A stretch of DNA of 64,000 bases, from IMG/VR virus record IMGVR_UViG_3300009095_000011, positions 1-64,000 of that record; one strand, written 5' to 3'. A program made the translations under genes and the position numbers. The notes under the pieces are model-generated. The model was not told where the DNA came from and ran no database searches. It worked only from the letters and a program-made list of their open reading frames with translations. This stretch comes from a virus. Its lineage: Duplodnaviria > Caudoviricetes. Shown piece after piece: positions 31,494 through 42,233 of the stretch (the first letter of the stretch is position 1; each line of letters opens with the position of its first letter).

Positions 31494-31706
31494 TTAGCCC
31501 ACATTAAACTCATAATCACATTTTCTACACCAAACATGATTTCCATTTCTTGTGAAGTTTTCTTCGCCTGATTTGCAATGTGGGCAAACTAACTTTCGCT
31601 CCGCACCGCTAACGGCAAATAAATCCAATAGCTGTTCGGATGCTTCCGTAACAGTTATCTGCCCATCATTTAGCTGTGTGCATATTTTGTAAATTTGTTC
31701 TTTCAT
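31494..31706 (-). CDS. Cassette B1 zinc-ribbon protein
   Basis: CPHC...CRKC; ATG lies in the attC-like loop. Confidence 0.65.
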   Translation of the reverse strand: MKEQIYKICTQLNDGQITVTEASEQLLDLFAVSGAERKLVCPHCKSGEENFTRNGNHVWCRKCDYEFNVG

Positions 31707-31739
31707 GTCGCTACTGTATTTATTTGCAAAACGTTATAA
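31607..31739 (+). repeat. attC-like site B1
   Basis: CGCTAAC-GGCAAATAAATCCAATAGC...GCTACTGTATTTATTTGC-AAAAC-GTTATAA. Confidence 0.75.
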
Positions 31740-31746
31740 GCAAGTG

Positions 31747-32544
31747 CTACCTTTCGTTTCCAAAGAGCGTTCCTGCTTGTAAATCTTTTTCTTTTCTTTT
31801 TTCTCCCACCCTTTTTAAAGCAATTTCATAATGGTCTTTTACTAATTCACTACCAATGTAATCACATTCATTTTCAATACAACTTAATTGTGTAGTTCCT
31901 ATTCCAGTAAAAGGTTCATAAATCAAACTACCTTTTGGAAAGTAAATATTTATCAGTTGATTTACCAAATCTTGTGAAAATGATGCTTTTAATTGACATT
32001 GGTATCCATCATTATTTCTTGCTTCAATATAATTCACATAGTTTTTGTAAAACTTTTGTCCTGTTTTCTCATTTACTTTACTCACTTCCTTATTGGTCTT
32101 GAATGTATGTAAATGTTCTTTTTTTACAAAAACATAAATCAATTCAGTAATCCTACTTAATTTGGTTGGAGAAGTCTGAAATGGTATTGCGTTTGGTTTC
32201 TTCCAACAAATAATATCAGCAATAGTTAAATCAGTTTCATTGTGAATTTTAGCAACCAATAATGTTGGTAGAATAGGATTTTCTTTTGCATAAGATATGT
32301 TGTAGCAAATTACACCAGTATCATTTATTACTCTTGAAAATTCTTTAAATTCATTTGTTCTAACTTCAAGATAATCATTCTCACTCAAACCATCTAATTC
32401 AGAATATCCATTATTGTAATAACAATCACTTCTTTCTGTATTAATGTTATATGGTGGTGATGTAATTATCCCATCAATAGATTTATCATAAAGTCTTTTC
32501 AAGGTAATCTTACAATCTTCGTTATAAATTATATTTCGTTTCAT
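31747..32544 (-). CDS. Cassette B2 DNA amino-methyltransferase (beta class, probably N4-C)
   Basis: TSPPY catalytic motif precedes EPFTGIGTT SAM motif. Confidence 0.88.
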   Translation of the reverse strand: MKRNIIYNEDCKITLKRLYDKSIDGIITSPPYNINTERSDCYYNNGYSELDGLSENDYLEVRTNEFKEFSRVINDTGVICYNISYAKENPILPTLLVAKIHNETDLTIADIICWKKPNAIPFQTSPTKLSRITELIYVFVKKEHLHTFKTNKEVSKVNEKTGQKFYKNYVNYIEARNNDGYQCQLKASFSQDLVNQLINIYFPKGSLIYEPFTGIGTTQLSCIENECDYIGSELVKDHYEIALKRVGEKRKEKDLQAGTLFGNER

Positions 32545-32640
32545 TATTCAATTTTTGTTTTTTACCACCGCACAAAAAAGAAAAGAAAAGAAAAAGGTTA
32601 GTCTTTCGATTCAAGTTCTGTGCTATAATACCGCACCAGC

Positions 32641-32771
32641 TTATAACAGCGTGTATAAAAAATGGCGGGTTCTCGGTTAATTTAAAGTTTTATAATTCTA
32701 ATTAAGTTCTGCGTTTTCTGAAAGTTTTGGAGTTCTAATCCGCCACTTCTTATACACGCAAAACGTTAGTT
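32641..32771 (+). repeat. attC-like site B2
   Basis: TTATAAC-A-GCGTGTATAAAAAATGGCGG...CCGCCACTTCTTATACACGC-AAAAC-GTTAGTT. Confidence 0.8.
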
Positions 32772-33044
32772 TCCATTTGGATAAGCAGCATTACCATCTT
32801 TTAAAGACCAGTGCCATCCATCATTCATCGTGTGTTTACGTGGTTTTCTATAAGCCTTTTGTCCGTTACTTAAATATGCCAATGTCTTAGACACATCTAC
32901 AACTTTCACAGCTTCCATCCTGTAATTATGATTTAGTACACCATGATATTTACGAACAAAAACCACGTCACCAATTTCTAAAAAACGGCAACTAACACCC
33001 GCTATAGTGCATGGCTGTTCGTTTTTTTCTGATATTGTATCCAT
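32766..33044 (-). CDS. Cassette B3 hypothetical protein
   Basis: Starts inside attC B3; its TAA stop is the TTA of the GTTA core. Confidence 0.6.
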   Translation of the reverse strand: MDTISEKNEQPCTIAGVSCRFLEIGDVVFVRKYHGVLNHNYRMEAVKVVDVSKTLAYLSNGQKAYRKPRKHTMNDGWHWSLKDGNAAYPNGN

Positions 33045-33111
33045 AATTTAAAGTTTATTTACTGTTTGGGTGCGTTGTTGAAAGCCACGCACCATAGCTT
33101 TTACGTTGTAG
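32990..33111 (+). repeat. attC-like site B3
   Basis: AACTAAC-ACCC-GCTATAGTGCATGGCT...AGCCACGCACCATAGC-TTTTAC-GTTGTAG. Confidence 0.8.
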
Positions 33112-33120
33112 GTAATAAAC

Positions 33121-33330
33121 CTACTCATATACTCGTAACACAAAAGTTACAGATTTCTTACACCTGTCCTCAGCCATCCATTCTCCATCCTCAGTTAAAT
33201 AGCTTTCATCTGTATTCTCAAAATAATTAGTATACAGTAACTTTGGGATTAAATCATCTCCGTCAGCCAGATTGTACACCTTACCTTTTGTGTAACTTTC
33301 TTTTATCTCTTTAATTAATTTCTTTGCCAT
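33121..33330 (-). CDS. Cassette B4 hypothetical protein
   Basis: 69-aa ORF between GTTGTAGGTA and TACCTACAAC. Confidence 0.6.
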   Translation of the reverse strand: MAKKLIKEIKESYTKGKVYNLADGDDLIPKLLYTNYFENTDESYLTEDGEWMAEDRCKKSVTFVLRVYE

Positions 33331-33370
33331 GTTATCAAGTTTTCGTTTTCAAATCCGTAGGCTTACATAC

Positions 33371-33426
33371 CTACAACACACGCTAAAACGCCATACAAGT
33401 ACAGGCGTTTAGCTACATCGTTAGTA
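33371..33426 (+). repeat. attC-like site B4 (short form)
   Basis: CTACAAC-ACAC-GCTAAAACGCC...GGCGTTTAGC-TACATC-GTTAGTA. Confidence 0.75.
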
Positions 33427-33430
33427 GTCA

Positions 33431-33682
33431 TTACTCATCATCTTCAGGATAAATAGACACGCCTTTTCTTTCACAGGGAGTTTTGCCACAATATTTACAA
33501 TAGCCTTCAGGCAACGAACCGCTAACATCGGCTAAATCCAATGCTTTGTTTCGTTTCAATTCATCAATTCCCCTTCTTACATATTTCTCTACATCAATAC
33601 CTTCGCTTTCAAGATAGGCTGTAGCTCCTTCGGAAGTATCAATATCAAATCCATTTACTATAGTCATAATTTTCGTTTTCAA
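33431..33682 (-). CDS. Cassette B5 hypothetical protein
   Basis: Most of the ORF lies in the attC B5 loop; ALDLADVSGS is the translated left arm. Confidence 0.6.
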   Translation of the reverse strand: MKTKIMTIVNGFDIDTSEGATAYLESEGIDVEKYVRRGIDELKRNKALDLADVSGSLPEGYCKYCGKTPCERKGVSIYPEDDE

Positions 33683-33714
33683 ATTCGCACTGGTTTAGTC
33701 GCGGCACGTTATAT
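33520..33714 (+). repeat. attC-like site B5 with expanded coding loop
   Basis: CGCTAAC-AT-CGGCTAAATCCAATGC...GCACTGGTTTAGTCG-CGGCAC-GTTATAT. Confidence 0.7.
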
Positions 33715-33724
33715 TTGCGAACCG

Positions 33725-34243
33725 TTATTTCCCTCTCGCATCCCAACATAACTGATCTACCATCTCATTCCATTGATTTCCTGCATGACCACGAACCCAC
33801 TTGAAGGTAACGTTTGGCAAGGACAATTTGAGAGAATTGAGATACTGCCACAATTGTTGGTTTGCTATTGGTTTTCCTGATGTACTGTACCATTTCTGAT
33901 CAATCCATTGTTTGAGCCATAAATTAAGCCCTGTGATACAATATTTACTATCACTTAATACAATCACCTTATCAGTGATGTTATTGTCTCTGAGCCACTG
34001 TAAACCCTTTGTAATAGCTGTTAATTCCATGATGTTTGATGTGACGTTGTGTGCATCTCCATGATCGAAATGAATAAGGTCATCATCTTTAATTACAACG
34101 AAGGCCCATGCACCATATTTATGATGCTTTGATTTTGGGTTATTGGAGCAGCCACCGTCTGTGTAGATGTAGATCATCTTCCACAAATTAACATTAATAC
34201 TCTTATTAATATAAACCCAATAACTTTCTTTAAAGAAATCCAA
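33725..34243 (-). CDS. rnhA: Ribonuclease HI
   Basis: YTDGGC, TSNIMELTA, SDSKY, WVRGHAG..WNEMVD; true start probably MIYIY. Confidence 0.92.
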   Translation of the reverse strand: MDFFKESYWVYINKSINVNLWKMIYIYTDGGCSNNPKSKHHKYGAWAFVVIKDDDLIHFDHGDAHNVTSNIMELTAITKGLQWLRDNNITDKVIVLSDSKYCITGLNLWLKQWIDQKWYSTSGKPIANQQLWQYLNSLKLSLPNVTFKWVRGHAGNQWNEMVDQLCWDARGK

Positions 34244-34928
34244 AAGAACAAAATTGACAAATGGATTGATTCTTTAAATATGTGAAACCAGAAGATTATT
34301 TTTTGCTTTTGAACCATTCGTATAATCCGACTAATGCAAAGATAATTATTGCTCCTGCGAATGATAAGATTACTTGTGTCATTACTGTAAATTTAAGTTA
34401 AAAATTTTATTATTAATATTGACTTTTATATACCAAGTGTAAACTATATTATCACTATAGGTCATAAAGTCAATGAATAATCTGATTCTCTTTTCTTTAT
34501 TTGATATTGATTTGATGATTTTCATCATTTTTTCAAATAAGTTTTATCAATAATTCGTTTATTTATTGCTTTAAGGTTATCAACATACAAAGGAAAGGTA
34601 TTGAGAATAGCTATCTGCTCTCGCTTAAGTTGCAATTGTCGTTGCATTGCTAATTCAATTCGGTTTATGAGTTGAATGGTTGATTGTGAGGTCATGATTT
34701 TACAAATACTTTTTTAATGTGCAACCTTGTACTATCTTTCCCTGGCTTATCGAAGTAATCTCTGATATATTCAACAGCCTCTTCGTAGGTGTCTTTGACT
34801 TCCCATTGTTTGAATACTTCGATCATCATCTGCTCTATTCCAGAATCAAAAATACATTCAGTGGATAATTCTCCGATTATGAATTGCTCTTTCATCTCTA
34901 TAACTTTTAGTTAAACATTTATTACTCT

Positions 34929-34960
34929 GTAAATATAATCATTGTATTTATAAGTTGCAA
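34929..34960 (-). promoter_or_regulatory. Bacteroidota-type promoter
   Basis: TTGCA-N18-TATATTTAC. Confidence 0.6.
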
Positions 34961-35118
34961 CTATTATTATATATATTTTATATAATATTTAATATAATAT
35001 ACTTCTTTTCCCTTTGTATTTAATATATTATATATAAATAATATCCTTTTTTAAGTTATATATAAACTTGACCTGTATGGTTTGCAAGGCAAAGCAAAAC
35101 ATACAAATAAAGGTCTGA

Positions 35119-35931
35119 TCACACTTTGTGGGATTTGCCATTTATGTGGTTAAGTTTATTGTCGTTGAAAAAAGACAAAGGAGAGGTTAGTAGTGTATTG
35201 CATAAACGCATGTGAATATTTACCATACCTTTCTTTTTTTTATCAAATATATAGAAAGTTTTGGGATTAAGTCTGCTAACATTATCATTAAGGTAGGTAG
35301 TGATATGCATTTTATCTACCATGATGCTATTATTTTGCACAGACATTAAACCTTGCTTTCTTAGTTTTGATTGAATTTTACAAGCTGCCATTCTCGTTTT
35401 CAATCCTAATCGATTAGCCATAGCACGTTGAGAAATTTGATAACCGCCCTCTGAATAAGCCCTGCAAGGTTTGTTATCTCGTTTATCAATGTAAAAAAGC
35501 CTCTGTTCTAATCGATATTGATCAAAATGATATATGACTTCAAGTAATTTGTTTTTGCTATTAATTAAGTCATGAGGTATTTTTATTATTTCATTTGCAT
35601 TTTTATATCCCCTTCCACTTCTCTTAGGTTCGAATCCTAATTTTTGCCATAGTTTATCATAGGAAAGCAATTGATAGCCAACGTGTTTATTGTTTTTATC
35701 ATACACAATAATGGCTATTTCATTATCTACCATTGATTTAAATCGTTCTCTAATGGTAGCCTTATTGATATTAAGATGGCAGGAGATTTGTTTTAGGTAG
35801 TTTTTTTTATAGAAGTATCCAGAATCACAGAAAGATTTTAATTGCATGAAAAAAAGATAGTCATGCTTTAAGCCTGCTTTGGAAGCTTTCTCAATAGTTC
35901 CTTCGAGATATTTAATGGGATTGGATCTCAA
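35119..35931 (-). CDS. Basic protein with two winged-HTH-like regions (possible replication initiator)
   Basis: ISCHLNINKATIRERF and ISQRAMANRLGL...LRKQGL; AT-rich tract downstream. Confidence 0.4.
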   Translation of the reverse strand: MRSNPIKYLEGTIEKASKAGLKHDYLFFMQLKSFCDSGYFYKKNYLKQISCHLNINKATIRERFKSMVDNEIAIIVYDKNNKHVGYQLLSYDKLWQKLGFEPKRSGRGYKNANEIIKIPHDLINSKNKLLEVIYHFDQYRLEQRLFYIDKRDNKPCRAYSEGGYQISQRAMANRLGLKTRMAACKIQSKLRKQGLMSVQNNSIMVDKMHITTYLNDNVSRLNPKTFYIFDKKKKGMVNIHMRLCNTLLTSPLSFFNDNKLNHINGKSHKV

Positions 35932-37713
35932 CTATATATAAAAGAAAAAGACCAGACTATTGCAGGATTATCTGGCCTTTTTGATTATTGGATTAAAAAA
36001 CTTAATTCAATTAATCATCCATAATCCTGCGAACTAAAAAATTAATTGAATTTTGTGTGAAATTAATATAATTGAAATTAAGATGCAAGTTTTTAGGTAA
36101 TTATTTTTTAATTTTCTATTTTTTGACATTCAGTAATATCAAAGGTTTTATAAAATCCTCTTCCAGACAATACTAGCGTCAATTGTGTGGAATAATAACC
36201 ATTATTATATCCATATCCTGGAATTTTAATAGAATGTCCATTAATTGGAATTAACTCTATTCCATAATCTTCTATTTTTTTAAAGAAAAAATCATTTGTT
36301 AAATTAAATTCTAATCCTTCAAAATCACTTAATTCTAAATCATCGAGTAATAAATAATGATTTTCGCAACAATCTGATATATGTTCTGAATATAACTTTA
36401 TTTCATTTTCAAATTCAATATATTCAGAATTTACTTTTATTACTTTTAATTTTTCCATTTTACTTATTTTAAACGTTTATAATCAATTTAATTACTTTCT
36501 GGATAGATGACACTACTCACAATGAGAAAGTGTCTCAGATCAAGGGAAAATAGCCTTAAAACAAAATCTTGACAAGAAAGATTAAGGCAGCAATGATCAT
36601 ACACCAAATAAAGGTTGAAATGCTGACTTGCACTTGATCTTTTCGTTTACCTTGGTAGTTCATTATTATAATGGTTTACTATTATACCATTTGATAAACT
36701 CAACAATTGATTTGTGCGCTCCTTCAATATGTATTTCAGTAACAGCACAATGTATATCTACTTCTAATGAATCACCATAGCAGCAATGGTTTTTACTTGG
36801 TCTTTCAATTCGATCCAGATAGTCTTTTATTTTTCTATAAACAGGCATGAGCCAATCCCATGAGGAATGAAATTTTAAATGATTTACATGCAACCCCTCT
36901 GTTTCTTCAAAATCTTGATATTGATGAATGCGAACTTTAGAATTTTGTTCAACAATACCATTTTTTCTTAATCCATATAAAATTCCCATAAATTCGGCAA
37001 TTAATTTATTGCCCTCAAGTATATCGTTTTGCTCTAATGTTTTCATTTTCACTTAGTTTTAGTTACATAATATTCTGTTACTGGCACCACCTTACCTCCT
37101 ATGTATTCAAGTTTATTAATCTCATGCTTATTTGATACAGTAGCATTTAAGTTATGAGTACAAGAGGTGAGGGATAGGTAGGTAAGAATTATCACAAGGA
37201 TGACAATTGCTATTTTTCTATGAGTTGACATTAGACTGTTCTTTTAAGTATTCCTAGTTTAGTACATTTATTGTAGTCAGCAACTATTCTTAATTGAATA
37301 TTTGGCTCAATTTCAATTGTTTTGATTGTTAGGCTATCAAGGATAGTTGCTTTGCTACAAATAGCTTCCATTTTATCAGCGATTTGTCTTAATTCATCTG
37401 GCGTTGTGAAGTACCAGATAGTTTTAGTTGAGTCAATCATTGTTGTATGGGTTGTTAATATTTAATAAGATTATAGTTTTTATCAAGCTCTATGGATTTT
37501 GTCCATTCCTTGAAGGCTTTTAATTCAGGTTTTCTATTTAAAAATTCTTCTGGATCTTCTCCAAATTTTCTACCTAAAATATGAGAAGCTAGTGCCATTT
37601 TAATATCTGATATTACATTCATCATATTGGTTTTATTGCCATTTGCTTGTTCTAATCTTTTTTTAAATCTTTCTATTCTTGTCATTTCTTTATTCTTTAG
37701 GTTAAACATCTAT

Positions 37714-37746
37714 GTAAATATAAGATTTATATTTAATATATGCAAA
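37714..37746 (-). promoter_or_regulatory. Bacteroidota-type promoter
   Basis: TTTGCA-N18-TATATTTAC. Confidence 0.65.
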
Positions 37747-37817
37747 TGTTTATATAAAAAATAAGGTGTGATAAATTAATACCACACCTTACGCAAATAT
37801 AGATGATTAACAGAGAA

Positions 37818-38615
37818 TTAATTAAGATGTCGAAAGTGAACGAAGTCAGCTTTAGATTTGTAATTGAAGATTTCTTCAAACAAGGACAGATATTGTTTAA
37901 CGTCAGTGCATTTAATCAGTTTACCATGCTGCATTGAAACTTTATGAAGCATTTTCTCATGGTCATAATCCTCATTCTTCATCAGTCTGCTGATTGCATT
38001 CATGAATGACTTACTTTTATAATGTGGAAAATATTGACCGTAATCATTGATTGCAGAAATAATTTCCTGAGCCTGACCGAGAGATTTAACTTTAAATTCT
38101 CCTTTCTCAAATTGTTTGATCAATTTTGATGATGGTTGAGTTGAGCCGCCATTAAGTACTCCAATGGCGGCATAGATGCTGATATCATTATGTTGTGCAA
38201 AATCTCTGACAATTTTATAATCTTCAAAATTTTTACTGACATAAAAATCAAGATAGTCATTGAGTTTCCAATCGTCGGCAGAGCTATTTATACGAGCTAT
38301 GTCGCCTTCATCGAATCTTTCGCTGATCTTATAATAGATAGCTACTCCAAGCTTCTTAGCGGCCTCAAAACGATGCTGTCCATCTAAGATCCATAATTCG
38401 CGATTCACTGTCATTGGGTAATCGTGAAGGAGGTTTTTTTGCTTAATGCTCTCTACTAATTCATCAACATGTTTCCAGTTGATTCTGCGATTTGTTCTAT
38501 AATAATTGAACAAAGCATAGTTCTTAGTAGATTTAATTTGTAATTCATCCTTTTTAGGAGTGTAATTAAGATTAGAATTTTCTTTTCTTGTTTGTTGTTT
38601 TTCTACAGTTTTCAT
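37818..38615 (-). CDS. ParB/Srx-like domain protein
   Basis: NRRIN..HV..L...I, ILDGQHRFEA. Confidence 0.8.
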   Translation of the reverse strand: MKTVEKQQTRKENSNLNYTPKKDELQIKSTKNYALFNYYRTNRRINWKHVDELVESIKQKNLLHDYPMTVNRELWILDGQHRFEAAKKLGVAIYYKISERFDEGDIARINSSADDWKLNDYLDFYVSKNFEDYKIVRDFAQHNDISIYAAIGVLNGGSTQPSSKLIKQFEKGEFKVKSLGQAQEIISAINDYGQYFPHYKSKSFMNAISRLMKNEDYDHEKMLHKVSMQHGKLIKCTDVKQYLSLFEEIFNYKSKADFVHFRHLN

Positions 38616-38951
38616 AATACAATTATAATTTGGTTGTTAATTATTGAACTGTAAATATAACATTAATATTTCATATTTGTTATATCAAACAAGAAAAAAA
38701 ATAAAAATATTTTTATAAATGCGTAGAAATGAGAAAATTAAAGCATTCTTCAAGAATAAAATTATGCGCATAGCTATCATCAAATGGATAACTAAGTACT
38801 GCTTTGAAGCATGTTACATAGCCTAAATAAAAATTATAAACATCCTTCCATTCACTTTCCTGAATAACTATTTCGGGATTATGGTGTAAAACAAGAAAAG
38901 AGAGCTTTGATTTTAGCTCTCCTTTAGATAAGATTTTGATTTGGGGGGATT

Positions 38952-39269
38952 TCATTTTTTAAATTGTTCTCTGATTTTTTTATCCATTTCTTTACTTTTC
39001 TCCTGAACTCCGTTTTTAATACTATCCTGCTTTGATCGTTTACTGAAAGCTTGTTGACGTTCATCTTTACTTTTTAATCCTCCTTTATCATAAGTACCTC
39101 TTCCGAAAGTTAGCAAAGAAGGGATTGAAAGTTGGCGTTTCATCTTTCTTCCACAATAGCAAGTACATTGAGCAATAGTAGCTTCACTTGGTTGATCACA
39201 TTCGCTCATAGAGTGAGTGATTTCTTTATATTCATCGCAGTTGATACAGTAATAATTGTATGTGGGCAT
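38952..39269 (-). CDS. FmdB-like zinc ribbon protein
   Basis: MPTYNYYCINC...CYCGRKMKR. Confidence 0.7.
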   Translation of the reverse strand: MPTYNYYCINCDEYKEITHSMSECDQPSEATIAQCTCYCGRKMKRQLSIPSLLTFGRGTYDKGGLKSKDERQQAFSKRSKQDSIKNGVQEKSKEMDKKIREQFKK

Positions 39270-39362
39270 ATTTATTTGTTTTTAAAAAGCATAATTTTAT
39301 ATATAAGTTTAAACGCGACAAATAAAGCTAAAACGAATGAAATTAAATTAATAATCATAAGT

Positions 39363-39899
39363 TTAATATTTCATTTTACAATAAAAAGCCATTAGTGCAG
39401 CATCAACAAGGCCATCATGAGGCACTTTGCTTCGTTCAGTAGCAAGGAAAGTTTCATTAGGGAACAATCTCTTGGCTGCAATAAGAGATGTTGCCTTAGT
39501 GTCTATTTTATATTTAGGTTCGCCGGATTTGAGTTTCTTTCCAGTATTGATCTTAATAGGAGATACGCCTCTCCAAGCTTCTTTTTGCCATTCTTTAGGA
39601 GCTACTTTAATAAAGGGGATTCGATTGGCAGTAAGTAATCCCCTCAAAATGCCATTAATAAGACCAAATTTGAAATTGGCAGCGGCACCACTTTTAGGAA
39701 CTGCATGAACATCTTCCAGAACACACATACAATCATATACTTCACCATCGTCGCCATATCTTAATTCAAACAATATTTTATCTAGCAGATCATCATCTAT
39801 CTCATTCTTAATTGTAGGAATTACATGAAGTGTTAATTCATTATCTTCAATAATTACTATACCGCCCTTAGCTCCAGGGTCAATTCCAATATATTTCAT
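39363..39899 (-). CDS. RuvC-like Holliday junction resolvase
   Basis: IGIDPGAKG, VLEDV, FKFG, PKEWQK, HDGLVDAALMA. Confidence 0.85.
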   Translation of the reverse strand: MKYIGIDPGAKGGIVIIEDNELTLHVIPTIKNEIDDDLLDKILFELRYGDDGEVYDCMCVLEDVHAVPKSGAAANFKFGLINGILRGLLTANRIPFIKVAPKEWQKEAWRGVSPIKINTGKKLKSGEPKYKIDTKATSLIAAKRLFPNETFLATERSKVPHDGLVDAALMAFYCKMKY

Positions 39900-40382
39900 A
39901 TTTAGTCTATTATATATATTTTTTCTTTAAAATTAAATCCCAATAACATATTTTTTCCTCTTGTCCATTACGATAACTATGCCAAACACAAGGAAAATGC
40001 TTTCTTGCTTGCTTGATTCTTTGCTTAGTAGTTTTTGATTTATCTGTATTTCTTGTATAATGCAACCAGCATTCCCAATAATGATCTAAATGAGGTGCAA
40101 CGAATGTAATTGCTATCTGCCATTTAAAAAATACAAATGACCAAATGGGGCTCCATTCAAATCTATAATCAGCATCATTCCATTTGGTTTTCCATCCTAA
40201 ATCAACGAAGTCAAATCCTATTTTCTTATCAACAAATTTACGTACTCCTGCCTTATTCTTAACAATTTTGCGAGGATAGTAATATGGAGTACCTATAGCT
40301 ATTCTGCCTATATAAAAATCCAATTTCAATGGCTTAAATGGAGAGAAGTATGTTTTTAAGAAATGCATAATAGGTAAATTTA

Positions 40383-42233
40383 CTAATTTAAATGCACAAT
40401 TTCGCTTATTGCGTTGATTTTCTTAACAATGATGATATTCTCATAATTGATATTTGCAATATAATTATTACTATCATCTTTCTCAACATTAACAAGTTGA
40501 CTAATTAATAAGATATTGATATTGATATCATTGAGAGATTTAACAAGAATTTCAATACCTAATGAATCAAGTGATTCCAATATCTCATCCAGGACAATGA
40601 AGTTAAGCCCTCTGCCATCAGTTGAGATATTAATGAGCTTCTGCATAGCAAGGATGACAGATATTTCAATACGTGCTTTCTCACCACCTGATAGACCATA
40701 GAATGAACCAACATCAATTCCATTCTTTAATACAATGACATTGATCTTTTCTCTGATATCTTTACCCTTATTGACTTCTTTATATCCCTCAATTTTGATT
40801 CTGATATTAGATTTTAATTGCTCAAGATAAAAATTAGCATAGCTCTCAATTGCACATAATGATTGATTGGCAAGATAACCTTTGAACCTTTTGAAATTGA
40901 TCAGCCATTCTTCACATTTAGACAATTGTTGATTTGTATCTTCTAATTGTTTTTGATATTGTTCATTCTCAGATTGTAAAGTTTCAATCTTTTGTAAAGT
41001 CTCTGCATCTTTTGAATTTTCTATTTTACTGAGGTCTTTAATAGTGCTTTCAAATGATTTGTTTTCATTATTGAGCATATTGATTTCACGAGTGTATTTA
41101 GTGATATCAAATTGTAATTCATCATATTGAGATTGACTGTATTTTTTATCCTTTTGTAGCTGTTCCAGTTGAGTATTAATAATCTGTTGCTGGAATAGAA
41201 CGTCTTTAAGAGATTCCTGGATGATAGGAAGATTCTCTCTTAATTCTACAAGGGGAATTGATTTATCTTTGAATGAGAATTTATGATTGCAATTTGGACA
41301 CTGTACTTCATCGCCCAAATGTTTTTCAATATCCCTTAATACAGTTTCATATTCTTTTTCAGTAGTTTTAAGTTCTTTTAATTGTGGATCAAATTCACTG
41401 ATTGATTTAGTGTAATCAGCAAGCAATAATTTATGATCTTCAAGGTAAGATTGATTACTTTCAATTAATTGTTTCTTGACTTCAATTTGTTCAATATTGA
41501 CAGTAATTTTATCTTGATATTGCTTAATCAGTTCACCATTATCATTGCTATCTTGATCAATACTTTCAATGTAAGCCTCAATCTTACTTTCATTAGCGTG
41601 AATCCTTCGCTCTAAGGCATTCTTTTTATCTGAATAAGTATTGATGTCGTCTTTAATAGAATCATCGATAGGATCAATTATATATGCCTTAGAGAACCTA
41701 TTAATAAGATCTTTCTTGGCAGTATCGGAACTATTAAAGAATGAGGTATATTTTTCTTTACTGATAATGAAGTAATCAGAGATATGATCACTTGAAAGTC
41801 CAAATGTTTCCAATACAAACGATTTGCATTGATTAACATCAAGTCTTTTCTTTTCCTGATCGTTTACAAGCAAGTGTTCAGGAACTTTGTCATTAATTTC
41901 AACCCAATATTCAGATGGAGTAGTATTGGCAAATACTTTCTTTCTGATATATAGAGTTTGATTGAGTACTTCGCTTCTAAACCAACCCTCAACTATAAAG
42001 AATTTTTCACCATAAAATATTGCATTGGCTTTATTGATCTTTCGTAGGTATGAATCTGTAGTAAGGAAATATAAAGCCTCAATGATCCAGCTTTTACCAC
42101 TTCCATTGCTTTTCTGCCCATCATCAGTTTCATTAATTCCACAAAGCAAGGAAGTTTGGTTGGTGGGGAATGTGTATTCGGTGTTTTTATGGGAACCGAA
42201 ATTAGTAAGTACGATTTTATGAGGTGTGTACAT
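40383..42233 (-). CDS. sbcC: SbcC/Rad50-like ATPase
   Basis: NFGSH, NGSGKS, coiled coil with CPNC zinc hook, LSGGE, LDEILESLD. Confidence 0.9.
   Translation of the reverse strand: MYTPHKIVLTNFGSHKNTEYTFPTNQTSLLCGINETDDGQKSNGSGKSWIIEALYFLTTDSYLRKINKANAIFYGEKFFIVEGWFRSEVLNQTLYIRKKVFANTTPSEYWVEINDKVPEHLLVNDQEKKRLDVNQCKSFVLETFGLSSDHISDYFIISKEKYTSFFNSSDTAKKDLINRFSKAYIIDPIDDSIKDDINTYSDKKNALERRIHANESKIEAYIESIDQDSNDNGELIKQYQDKITVNIEQIEVKKQLIESNQSYLEDHKLLLADYTKSISEFDPQLKELKTTEKEYETVLRDIEKHLGDEVQCPNCNHKFSFKDKSIPLVELRENLPIIQESLKDVLFQQQIINTQLEQLQKDKKYSQSQYDELQFDITKYTREINMLNNENKSFESTIKDLSKIENSKDAETLQKIETLQSENEQYQKQLEDTNQQLSKCEEWLINFKRFKGYLANQSLCAIESYANFYLEQLKSNIRIKIEGYKEVNKGKDIREKINVIVLKNGIDVGSFYGLSGGEKARIEISVILAMQKLINISTDGRGLNFIVLDEILESLDSLGIEILVKSLNDININILLISQLVNVEKDDSNNYIANINYENIIIVKKINAISEIVHLN

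Larger units (their letters stand above)
31479..33714 (+). mobile_element. Integron-like cassette array B (5 cassettes, no intact integrase)
   Basis: GTT cores at 31479, 31733, 32765, 33105, 33420, 33708; each cassette start is complementary to its own ...AAC end. Confidence 0.8.
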
